Source of the DNA: Caecitellus pseudoparvulus
Taxonomy: Eukaryota; Protista; Bigyra: Bicosoecida
DNA length: 64,000 bases
Direction: 5' to 3'
Assembly (NCBI GenBank): GCA_965644315.1
Contig: CBFFRQ010000031.1
Span: 186,001 to 250,000 of the forward strand
In this document: one piece after another, positions 33,453 to 44,835 of the stretch
How positions within the stretch are numbered: position 1 is the stretch's first letter
Layout of the letters: the number at the start of each line of letters is the position of its first letter
Position numbers and translations under genes: made by a program
Notes under the pieces: model-generated
What the model was told of the DNA's origin: nothing
The model's input: the letters and a program-made list of their open reading frames with translations, nothing else
Databases searched by the model: none

Positions 33453-35638
33453 ATGGCGGCGCCAGACCTGTCCAAGATGTCAGACAGCGAGATGATGGCG
33501 GCGGTGTCTGCCAGCCTTCAGCAAGCACACACACAGGGGATGGGGCGGTCTGGCGGGAAGATCTCAGCGAAGGAGGCAGAGGACATGAAGAATGCCTTCT
33601 CGAAGAAGGAGTTCAGGGACATGTTTCGGCAGTACCTGGAGGAGATCTCAGATCCAGCTGCGCGAAAAGTGCGTCCACGCCGGGCCCTTTTGCAGGCACT
33701 GCAGCACTCACAGTGTTGCCACCCTTCTTGCAGGAGCAAGAGACATACCTTGAGCAGCTGGAGCGGGAGCAGAGCGTGCCCTCCGACGTGCACTTGGTTC
33801 ACCCTGAGGTAGGTGGGCGTTTCTTCCGTCGCCGCGGCAGGACGCTGGTCACTTTGAGCGAGTTTGCGCACTTGCAGGCAGGATTCTGCATAAAGACGCG
33901 TAACGAAAAGACTGGTAACAAGGTCTTTGTCAATGTGTGCAGTGCAGACGCGGTGGAGAAGCCCACGAGCGAAGGCCAACGGTGGCAGCTGCCCATGATG
34001 GCAGGCAAGCCTCGGTATGAGAAGGACAACAAGGGGCAGCTGGCGTTGACGCTGGACATTGTCTTTCACCCCAACGCGCTGCACCTGGCATCATCCAACC
34101 CAGGCTTCAAGCGCATGGTTGCTGGCTCGGCAGTGGAGCGCGCTCAGGAGCTCATGGCTCGCTTTGGCGTTGGCGAAGCCGCTGACACGGTGCTGGACAA
34201 GAACTACACCATCCTGAAGCACAAGCGGTGCATGGGGGACAAGCCCGCCATCATCCGCGCGCCGAACAAGGCAACGCCAGGCGTGGCCGCGCCGGCGCCA
34301 GCGCCCCCCGCCCCGGCTCCGGCGGCAGCTGCTGTCCCACCGCCTGCCACGCCAGCCCCGGCACCCGCACAGCCGTCCGGAGAGGCCGAGCCGGAGCTCA
34401 CCATAGTGGAGCGGGGCTCGTTTGACTTAGCGTCCTCTGTGTCCTTCCCTGCGGGTGTCCCAGGGCCTGCCCGCCGCCCTGCCGAGCTGGTCCTGCGCTT
34501 CGCCCTGCCTGCCTGCAAGAACGCCAAAGGTGTCCAGCTGGATGTCGCCGAGCGCAAGGTGTCCCTGGTCAAGGAAGGCGTGTACCGCCTGCAGGACAGA
34601 GCGCTCCCCTTCCCAGTCAAGCCCGAGCTGGCGGCTGCCAAGTTTGACAAGTCCCGCCGCCTGCTGCAGGTGACTGTGCCGGTGCTGCCCCCGCCCGCGC
34701 CACAGCCCGACACGGCGCTGCAAGATGCACAGCCTGTGAAGCCGCCCGTCTCCTCCCAGCCCCCCAAGGCGGAGGACAGTGGCACACCAGAGGCGGTGGA
34801 GCTGCTGGCGGACAGCAAGGTGAAGCCCACCACATCCACCGGCTCAGGCGAGGTGCGGCACGACCGGTGGGTGGACACGCGCGCCCAGCCCGGCAGCTCC
34901 TTGCCAGCAGACGTCGCAGAGGCGGTGCGGGCCGCAGCCACAGCGCAGCCCGCGGCGCCCGACGTGGCGCCGTGGACCTGGCGCCAGGGCAGCGACACGT
35001 CCACTGTGCTGCTGCAGGTGCCTCACGTGGACGCTGACAGCGTGAAGGTGTCACTTGTCGGCGACGCCGAAGGGCCTCAGTTCCTGCACGCATGCATGAC
35101 TGCCCACGTGGAGCCCAGCACACTGGAGGAGCACGTCGCCGCAGCCGGCGGCGTGAACAACTTGGTACTGAAGCACGTGCCGCGGAGCCAAGGCGCAGGC
35201 AGCCGGTACGCCCTGCTCCTCAAGCTGCCTTCCGCCGTCGCGGGGGCGCGCCACGACGTGTCGGACCTGAACATCGCGGTGGTCTTGACCAAGGCCAAGG
35301 CAGGGGAGGTGTGGGGGGACGTGCTGCAGGAGGGCGGCGGCTGGGCGCCGCCGCGCGGCCTGCCGGCAGTGCCTTCCACCTCGGCTGCTGTTGTGGCTGA
35401 AGATGGCGGCAGTGGCATCGGCCGTGACCACCCGGTCCCAGCACCCAGCACCCCTCCAGAGCCTGTCCTGGAGTTGGGCAAGGACGGCACGTTTGACGTG
35501 GCACAGGCTCTGCCCAGCACCCCAGCGTCGCCTCCTCCAGCCTCAGGCACTCCCCAAGAGCGAGGCAGCAGTGCCAGCAGCAGCGGGAAGCGGCGGCGGC
35601 GGCGAGGTGCCGCGGCTGCGGCAGAGGAATTGGATTAA
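33453..35638 (+). CDS. DNAAF2: Kintoun/PF13 (PIH1 plus CS domains) dynein arm preassembly factor, 3 exons
   Basis: AFSKKEFRDMFRQYLEEISDP...|EQETYLEQLE, P..|GFCIKT...KVFVNVC, WQLP, DIVFHP, RRPAELVLRFALP, AKFDKSRRLLQVTVPV, and a second CS-like WRQ...TVLLQVP. Confidence 0.9.
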
Positions 35639-35658
35639 GCCCCAGCATCGCCCGGCCG

Positions 35659-37239
35659 TCACTTGTGTCGCACGAGGCTGACGTCCCCCTCCTCGTCAGT
35701 CTTGGCCTCTGCGGCGGCGGCAGCGGCACGTCGAGCCTCCTTGGCCCTGCGCCTGGCTTCTGCGGCAGCCTTGCGCTCAGCCTTGAAGGAGCGCGCCTCT
35801 TCTATGATGAGGGCGCGGAAGTCTGCCAGGGTCAGGCTCTTGTCCTCCTCGAAGGAGAACTCGAAGGTGTCGGGCAGGGTGGGCATGTCGTCGTCGTACT
35901 GGTCCCGGACGCTGTCGAAGTACGGGTGGGCAATGCACTCCTCAATGGTCAGGCGCTTGGTGGGGTGGAACTGCAGCATCTTCTCCAGCAAGTCGATGGC
36001 CTTGGGGTTTGCCTGGGGGAACACTTCGCCCCAGCTCTGCTTCACCTTCTCGGGCAGAGAGGCGAGGAACTTGAGCGCCTGGTCGGAGCGGATGTACTCC
36101 CGTTCCTCCGCAGGGGGCAGCCCGATGATGTCGAAGATGAGGACGAGCTGGTGCATGAAGTCCTTGCCCGGCCACAGGGGCTTGCGCCCCAGCACCTCAG
36201 CCAGGATGCAGCCGCAGCTCCAGATGTCGATGGCCTTCGTGTAGTGCCCGTCAGCGGACAGCATGAGCTCGGGGGCGCGGTACCACCGCGTGACGACGTG
36301 CTCCGTCATGTGCTGCGTCTCTGACTCGTCCCCGGGAGTCATGCGGGACAGGCCAAAGTCTGAGATGCGGATGTCGCAGTTCTTGTTCACAAGCAGGTTG
36401 GCTGGCTTGAGGTCGCGGTGGATGACGTCGTTGGCGTGGGCGAAGTGCACTCCGCGCAGGAGCTGGAACATGAAGTGCTTGGCGTGTGCGTCAGTCAGCT
36501 CCTGGGGGCTCTGGATGATGCGGTGCAGGTCTGTGTCCATGAGCTCCATGATGACGTACAGCTCATCGTCCCGGTCCCGCACGACGAGGTCCTTCAGGGA
36601 CACGATGTTCTCATGGCGGCCCAGGTACCGCATCAGGCGGATCTCTCGCAAGGTGTGCTTGGCGTCTGAGGCAGAGTCGCACATGTGCTTGATCTTCTTG
36701 ATGGCCACTTCCGAGCCGCTGTCCTTACGGCGTGCAGACCTGCGGGGCGGGCAGCGAAGCGAATGGCTCACAGGGCCTGCTGCTGCGCCTGCAGGCTAAC
36801 CAGACCGACACACGCCCCCTGAGCATGCTGGCACGTGCAGGGCGACGCTGTCAGGCACAGCCAGGGGACAAGCTCCTGCCAAAGTGGGGCGACTGCCGTG
36901 CAGCTTGGGGGGGGAGAAACGCTGCTCAGCGTACAAGCCATGCTCGCGCTGGGAGGCCGCGAAGCGAGACGCGCACACACAGGCACAAAGCACAAGGTTG
37001 GCAGCACAGTGCCCCACGGTGGCCGACCGGCACAGAACGCGCGCGAAGGCGCAGGGCGGTGGGGGCGCGAGTGGGGCCAGTTTCCGCAGCTCAACACGCC
37101 GCACGCACGCAACGACACCATAGGCTCCACGACCCAGCTGCTTCACAAGCTCGTAAGAGCTCCCGAGTTTGAAAGGCTCCTTGTAGGCAACAAAGGAAAC
37201 TTCAGAGGAACTGCCGTGGCGGGCAGCAGCTGCTGCCAT
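35659..37239 (-). CDS. Mitogen-activated protein kinase with an atypical TEH activation loop, 2 exons (intron 37108-36740)
   Basis: LGRGAYGVVA|SAR...VAIKKI, TLREIRLMR, ELMDTDL, IHRDLKPANLL, DFGLSR, MTEHVVTRWYRAPE, IDIWSCGCI, AIDLLEKML...HPY. Confidence 0.93.
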
Positions 37240-37539
37240 GGTTCAGGGTCTGTGGTGCAGCTTTCACCTGGGCGAGGGGCCGCTCTGACGCAAGGCCTGG
37301 GCGAAGGGGGTGCACATGGTCTGCAGCCGGGGTGCCAGGCATGCACATGGGGTAGCACTTGGTGTTGGATGTGGAGTGCCGGCCGCGCTGCTCTCGAAGC
37401 GCGAGCCGAGACATGGAGCGGGGCGCACAGCGCCAGCAACAAAACCTGCGCACCCGTGAGGCTCTTGGCAGCTGCAGGGTAAGTGCACCGGCTGTTGTCG
37501 TGCGGCTTGTCACCCCCCCGCGCTGCTGTGAAGGGAAGC

Positions 37540-40105
37540 ATGGCAGCAGCCGCGTCCGGGCCAGCATGGTCCGCACGCGTGACCAGACACACCGTGCTGA
37601 AAGACCACGCCGTGAGTCCCGCCGCCCGCCCTGACTTACCGGGCTCGCTGCCCCCCGCATGGCCTGCCGCTTTCCCCACACACAGAGCTTTGATGTGGAA
37701 GTGCGCATGGGCCACGGTCACTTCCTCAGCCACAAGCGCTACTCTGAATTCGTCGCGCTGCATGGGGAGGTGAGAAAGGCACTGCACTTGGCGCTTTTGA
37801 AGCCCAGTCCCCTATCCACCCTAGGCTCGCCCCTCCTTATGCCCCACAGCTTGCCCATGCCATGCCAGACGTGGACCTTCCCGCCCTGCCTCCTTCTGGC
37901 TTCGCACGCAACCTCCGAGAGGAGTACCTGGCCAAGCGCCGGGAAGACCTGGATGCATACCTGCTGGCTCTGCAGCGAGAGCCAGACATCGCTGCATGCA
38001 AGGTGCTGCCGAAGTGGCTGGGTGCAGGGGGCAAGGACACCCTTCAGGTGCCAGAGAAGCAGACAGCAGTTGGTTTGAGCCTGCTCACCGTCACGGAGCA
38101 GGTGGTGAAGGTGCCCGCTGGCACCCTGTACGAGCACATCATGCCCCTGCCGTCCCCCGTTCACCTGCCCTCCACGGCGCCGTCCTCGCCCGCCTCGGAG
38201 CAGGGTGGCGCACACGACACCCCCACCTCGTTTATGGCGATGTGGGAGTTCAGCACAGCCGGGTACGACATCGGGTTCTCTGCCGCCGCGCTCATTGGCG
38301 CGCCGGGGGACTTGAAGTCCACCCAGGCCAGCCAGGGCACAGCCAGTGGCGGGACGGGCATCCCGCGGGAGATCAGCATCATCAAAGGCACCCGGTGCAA
38401 TTCCCAGGAGCAGATGGTGCAGGGGTCCGCGCAGGTGCCCCCACCTGGCGTCTCCACCGCCACGTCACGGGGCCTGTCGCCCTCCGTCGCCTTCGCGGCG
38501 GGGGCCAGCTTGGTCGTGCCCGCGCGCACCGGGCACTCCCGTGCGCACAGTGACGGCAGTGATGGCAGCGGCTTCGCCTCGCCTGACGTGGACGCCATCG
38601 CTGCCCGTGCGGCTGCCATGTCCGGCGGGGCACGGCGCAGCGACGAGCCCCTCACGCACATCGTCCTGCGCTTCGACAACCGCTACAGCAAGATGCGGAG
38701 GAAAACCGTCACGTTCAAAGCAGGCGTGTTCACAGCCGCAGAGGCTGGCGCGGCCGCCTCTGCAGAGGAGGCCTACCGCACGAAGCTGCGGGATGCACAG
38801 GCGCTGCGGGCGAAGTTCTTGGCAGGCACCCCGACAGGGACGACGGGCATGGCGCCTTCCCGGGATGAGGCCAGCATCTTGCGGGGGGAGCGCGACAAGC
38901 TGCGGGAGCAGGTGACGCAGCTGTCCGCAGATGTGGACGCGGCGGCTGACGCCACTGCCCGCACTGAGGCGCGCCTGGCCGACGCCCAGGCGGAGGCGGC
39001 ATCCTTGGCTGCGCAGCTGAGCGCCATGCAGCAGCGGGCTGAGGCTGCAGAGGACACTGCCCAGAGCGCCCAGCGCGAAGCGGATGCCGCCAGTGAGCGC
39101 GTGCGCACGGCACGGCACCAAGCTGCCGAGGCAGAGGGGGAGGTCACAGGCCTGCTCAGCCGCGTGGCACAGGCGGAGGAGGCGGCGGCAGAGGCGGCGG
39201 CCGCGGCGCAGCACGCCAGGGAGGACGCCGACGCGCAGCTGGCAGCAGCCAAAGCTGCACAAGGCGACGTGACTGCCCTGCAGGCGCGGGTGGCGGAGTT
39301 GGAGGGCCGCCTGGCCGCGTCGGAGGGCGGGCAGGCGACCCAGGCGTTGCAGCAGCGTCTGGAGGCAGCGGAGGCGGAGGCTGCCAAGGCCAAGGCTGTG
39401 TTGGCCAAGGTCGCCGAGCGAGCCAAGGCGGCAGAGGGTGACGTGGCCAAGCTGAAGCAGCACAAGCGCCTGCTGGCTGGGGAGGTGCGCACACAGCGGG
39501 AGACGCTGAAGACTACGACGCAGGACCTGGCCACAGCCAAGGCCGCCGCGCTAGGGGCTGCGAAGGAGGCAGCCGCGGCCAAGGCAGCCCTGGTGGAGGA
39601 ACGCAAGGCGAGGGCCCAGCTAGAGGCCCGGCTCGCCGCGATGTCTGATCGGCCGCCGAGCAGCCCAGCCCAGCCCCAGGTGCCCCAAGAGGCAGCCGAG
39701 GCAGGGAGCAGCTCCCACGTGCTGCCTCCTGCCGAGCCCGAGCAAGCGGGCCGATCGAGTGCATTGCAAGGAGAGGGCAGCGGGGACACAGCTGCCAGCC
39801 AGGCGGTGGGTACCCCCCCCTCAGCCCCTGCAGTGCCTGGCCCCGGCAGGGGTGGGGACACCGTACCTAACTTGGCCCAGTTCAGGCAGGGCGGCGGGCG
39901 GGGCCGGGGCCGAGGACGCGGGGCTCGGGTGTTGGTGCCGCCCCCAGCGGGTGGGGCACAGCCACGCAAGGCGGGTTCCTGGCTGGACTCCGTCACAGAC
40001 GCAGTCAGCTCCGTCTTCGTGCCGGACCTGCCGCCTGCGGGGTCCCTGGCAGCGGCGGCTGCTCGCCGGAGTACCAGCGAGCCTACCACCAGCCCACGGG
40101 CGTAG
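37540..40105 (+). CDS. PX domain, GOLD domain and long coiled-coil protein, 3 exons
   Basis: PX KRYSEFVALHGE|L...LPALPP...YLAKRREDLDAYL. GOLD WEFSTAGYDIGFS...VLRFDNRYSKMRRKTVTF. Ala/Glu-rich heptad region ~38880-39640. Confidence 0.82.
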
Positions 40106-40113
40106 AGGGGTGC

Positions 40114-43100
40114 TCACACATGCCCTGCCACTTGCACCTTGCGGCGGGCAGCAGGCCCCGGCTGCTCGCGAGGTGTGCGAGAGCTGCCCTTGGGCGGGTG
40201 CGGCTCTGTGCCTGCGGCGATGGCACCCAGGGCCGCAGCCATCCCTGCGCGGCCAGCTGTGCCCGCGGCTGCCCCGCTGCTGCTCGTGGAGCTGCCCAGG
40301 TACCCAGAGGACAGCAGCCCCGATGCAGCCATTGTGTCCCTGGGCACTGCGCCTGACCCGGCCGCTACGCCTGATGTCCAAGGAGCGTCCAGCTCCACAT
40401 CCAGTGGGTCCTCTGGCACCGGCACGCCGGCGGCGAGGAGCTCAAATTCCATGGCCACGGCCAGGTCGCGGTACCCTCGACGGCGTGCCTCGTCCAGGGG
40501 GGTGTACCCCCACCGGTCCCGCAGGCAGGGGTCTGCGCCGGCCTTGAGCAGTTCCCGCACGATGGGCCCGTGCCCCTCACAGGCCGCCACGTGCAGGGCC
40601 GTGCGTTTGTCGTAGTCTTGGTGGTTCACCGCAGCGCCTTGCACGAGGAGGTCTGAGACTTGCTTCAGGTCCCCCTGGTTGGCCGCTGTGCACAACTCAA
40701 ATGCAGCGACTGTCTTGTGCACGTCCACAGCCCAGGTGGCGCCGCTCTTGCCGGCGGACTCCTCCTTGACGTGCTCTGCGTTCACCATGGAGTCGATGAG
40801 GTTCAGGTGGTACCGCCGCACGAGCATCTCCGCGAGGCGCAAGCCCTTGATGGGCACGTTGTGCTCGTTCATGCGGGGGGAGAAGATGCACATGCCAGCG
40901 ACGCCGGGGATGACAGCCATGAGCACCCCGGTGGAGCCCGTTGCGGAGGGTACGCCCACGTTGAAGTTCCACTTGCCCCCGTACGCGTTCATTCCACAGG
41001 AGTACATGAGGGACAGCAGTTGCTTGGTGGTGGTGGGGTGCAGGCACGGCTCCCAGGTGGTGGGGGCCACTCCCGCGTTGGCCAGCATGCCGGCCATGTT
41101 GGCGATTTGCTGCGGGCTCATGGTGACGGACATGCACTGCGAGTAGAAGTGCACGTTGTTGGTGGGGTCTGTCCGCGCAGGGTAGCAGCCCTGGCCCTTC
41201 ATGTAGTGGCTCACGGCCATGGTCTGCCGGGCCGTGCGCTTGAGGGCCAGGAAGGCTGGGTTGTTGAAGCCCACCTTGCTGCCGCCCGCCCATTTGGATA
41301 GGGTGTTGCGCACGAGCTCAAAGCGCCCGCCGCCGTCTGAGTACATGCGGTCAGCACGAGTGCAGTGGCCCTTGCCCACCAAGGCAGCCACTGCCAGGGC
41401 ACCACTGAGGGTGAAGGGGTTGTACGGCTTGGGCGGGGGGGGCGGGCCGGGGTCTTTGCCGCCGTGGGACACGGGCGCCAGCAAGTCGAAGGAGGCAGGG
41501 TCGCTGGAGGTGGGCTCCGCACTCACCCAGGCCTGTGTGTCAGCCAGGCCGGCGTGCTGCAGGGCCATGGCATACAGCAGCGGCTTCACCGTCTCCATCA
41601 GCGGCACGTGCACGGTGCAGCCTTCAGACGTGTTGCCCGCCGTGAACTGCTGCCCATCCACTGTGCACACCGACACGACGAAGTGGTCGTCAAAGCGCAC
41701 ATCGCTCTCTCGCAGCAGGCTTCGGATGGCTTCCTCAGAGGCGCGATGGGCGTTGGGAGCCGAGCCAGCGGCGCGCGTGGACAGGGAGCTCCGCGTCAGA
41801 CCCAGGCTGGCCAGCGTCATGCGCACGTACTCCTGGTCGTCTTCATCCCCCACAGCGCCGTCCAGCTCCTCCTGCACGGTGGCGCTGACGGCGCGCAGCA
41901 GGGGGACGGGGCTCGCAGGCGGCAAGTCCCCGCCTGTCGTGCCTGTGCCATGCCCAGTGCTGGAGGAGGCCGACGTGGGGCGCTGGGTGGTGTCCAGGGC
42001 CAGCTCGGTGTAGGCTTTGTTCAGGGCGCTCTGTAGCGCGTCATAGCCCTTGGAGGCGTCCCCGCGCTGGTTCAGCTTCCGGGAGTAGATGGTGGTGTGC
42101 TTGCCGCGGGCATCCGCCGCCCCGCCCACGCTCGCGCCATCACCCGCTTGCCCTGACGCCAGAGACGCATCGTCTGCAAAGCCGTCAGCGCCCAGCTCGA
42201 AGAGCAAGTTGGCGCACCGAGCCATGCGCGCGACGTCCTCAGAAAACACGTGAAAGTCCCGCACCATGAGCTTGTTCTGCAGCGCCCGCATGACGAGCGC
42301 TCCGAAGGCGCCAGATGGCATGTTGGGCGGTTTGAATAGGTCTGCCAATGCTACACGGCCGTCAGACGTGCGTGGTAGTTCTTGCAGGGCCCTCGCAGCA
42401 ATGGGGTTCTGCTCCACATCCACAACGATGCCTTGGGAAGCCAGGAATGCCAGCACTTTGATCAGCGGCTGCGTCCGACACGGGTGCCCGGAGTCAGGCA
42501 GGCACAACGACTCACCCGGCGCAGGCAGAGCGGCCAGGCAACGAGCTGCAACCCCCAGAGCTTCCGGGGGCGCGACCCACTTGCCCAGCAGGCTCCACAC
42601 GCGTGTTGCTGCGGCAAGGCGGCGCAGGGGCAGCATCATGCTCGCGTGCAGCGCGACGTGGTGCACGTGCGCATCAGTTGCCGCGTCCGCAATGACAGCG
42701 CGCGCCTCAGTGCCGCCTTCCTCGTGCAGCTGGAAGGACGTGAGTTCCATGTGCTCAATGTCGCCCAGCGGGGCTGGCATCGCAGGGGCCGCCGCGAGGG
42801 TCAAGCCAGGCAGGGCTGGCGGAGGTGTGCCGCCGTGCCCTAGGCACAGCAGCTCCGTGGGGGACCGGCACAGAGGCAGGCGGGTCAGGCCATCTGCCAC
42901 CAATTTGTCGAAGATGGAGTAGTTGTACCGCTGCAGCAGGCGGCGGAAGAACTCCACCGCCCGCACCGAGTTCCCATGCGAGTCGAGGGGCGGCGAGTAC
43001 AGCGCAATGCCTCTGCGCAGGGGCGATGGGGAAGGGTGTGGGGGACTGGGCGGTTATCGGGTGCAGCTGCCGGGCGGCTTACGCGACTTGTGGGATGACG

Positions 43101-44344
43101 CAGTACACGAGTCCTGCCACGCCTGACTTGGCGGGGAGTCCTGTGGCGCGCAGGTGGTGATGTGTGTGGAGTCTGTGAGTCAGGGCAGAGCGCAAGGGCA
43201 CGACGCACCAACGTGGACCACCCACGACCCCGAGAAGTCGTACATGCCACAGGACAGCATGAGTGTGAGGACAGACTTGACTGTGCCTGGGCTCAAGCAG
43301 CGCTTGCCAGTGGTGGCAGCGACGCCACCCCCCGCGAGCATGGCAGCCATGGCTGCTGCCCGGCGAGTGTTCACTTCAATGGCACAGCACTGGATGTACG
43401 TGTCCAGGACCTCCTCCGGGCTGACGTCAGCGGGGAACACGTCGTGTTCCTCCATGTGGTACAGCAGCGCGTTGTTGCGCCACGCTGTCTCGTACTCCGA
43501 CAGGTACGTCGTCTGGCAGAAGCCAGGCCGCTCGCCGCCAGCCATGTCTTGCAGTCGGTCCAGCAAGTACTTGAAGCGGGATGCAGGCTCCATGCCGCGC
43601 CCCAGGAGGCCTGCTGCCGCGATGGCGCCGGCGTTCACCATGGGGTTGTGCGGCAGCCCGTCTGCGTTCAGGGACACCTCATTGAAGGCCAGCCCTGACG
43701 GCTCGATTCCGACGTGTTTGTGCTCAATTTCGAGACCGTTGTCTTCGACGCCGATGCCGTACACCAGCGGCTTGATGCAGGACTGAATGGAGAAGTCCTT
43801 GTCTATGTCGCCGTAGTCAAAGCGCTGGCCGTCCACCGTGCACACAGACATGGAGAACCAGTCCGGGTCCTGCTTGCTGAGGATGGGGATGTAGTCCTGA
43901 GCAAGGCGGCAGAGGGGGGTGTGTGGCGGGGGCCTGGCACAGCGCAGGCGGCTGCCAGCACGCACAGCCGGAGAGCCGCCGTGAACGTTGGCCCGGATGT
44001 CTTCGAAGATCTCCACACAGGTTGACCTGAAGTTCTGCCAGTTTGGCACCGCAAGCTTGTCGCGAATGGCCTTGGTCAAGATGTTGCCAGCCTCCCCCGT
44101 GGGCACGTGCACGCCGCTGCCATCCTCTGCGGCGAAGCGCTGCACAGCAGCCTCCACTTGGGGCAGCGAAGGGTCAAGCCCTCGCTCCTGAAGCAAAGCC
44201 AGCAGTGGCTCGGTGGCCAAGAACGTTCCCCTGTCACGGCCATGGCCGGCAGTGCCTGAGGCAGCAGGCAGAGCCAGTGAGACAATCCGCCAGAGGGGAG
44301 CTGTGCCCTGCGCGGCACGCACCTGCTGGAGCTCCCGATGCCAT
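40114..44344 (-). CDS. GLS: Glutaminase with two tandem GLS modules (first active, second degenerate) and C-terminal ankyrin repeats; about 5 exons
   Basis: Module 1: DYIP, CTVDGQ, IQSCIKP, EPSG, HNPMVNAGAI, CGMYDFSG, GLPAKSGVAG, SPPLDSHGNSVR. Module 2: CTVDGQ, LMETVKP, YNPFTLSGAL, CGMNAYGG. Ankyrin DYDKRTALHVAACEGH...DRWGYTPLDEA. Start inferred at MASGAPAG (ATG 44344) with a GTGCGT intron. Confidence 0.9.
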
Positions 44345-44835
44345 GAGCCAATGCCACTGTAGATGGCGCACCTATCAGCCCGAAGGCACTGTTGGGCGGA
44401 GGCGGCCTTACGCCCTTCCCTGTTCGCCGTCGTATCAAGCCGGGAAGAACTGCACTGCACTTGGTCTGGACTGGTCCAGTCCTCGAAGGGTTCAGAGAAA
44501 AGCCTCAACCGGGGAAATGTCGGAGCAGGCAAAAGCCTTGTGCCTTGTCTGTGGTACAAGTTTTGAAAATGCGGCTGGCGCCAATCCACGAGCCACTCTG
44601 CGAAGGCAGGAGCGAGGGTCGTTTCTTCGAGACAGGTGCCAAGTTGGCCGCCTCGGATTCAGCGCGTAGGCATCCAGAAGCTAGCAGGGAACAAAACACC
44701 CCTACTACATCGACACAACATCAAGTTCGCATTTTCGGTGGATCTTTGCCCCCAGCAACCCCTGACCTTGGTGTCAGGCGTGGAATTGGGCGCTTGCAAA
44801 GCAATTTCCGCTCGTGTCTTGGACAGAATCACACC

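Noticed and set aside
12311-35638. Functional cluster of flagellar genes (ZMYND10, DNAAF2, ERICH2-like) or of snRNP genes (PHAX, U1-70K)
   Set aside because: They are separated by 8-46 kb and many unrelated genes. Co-occurrence among ~33 genes is compatible with chance.
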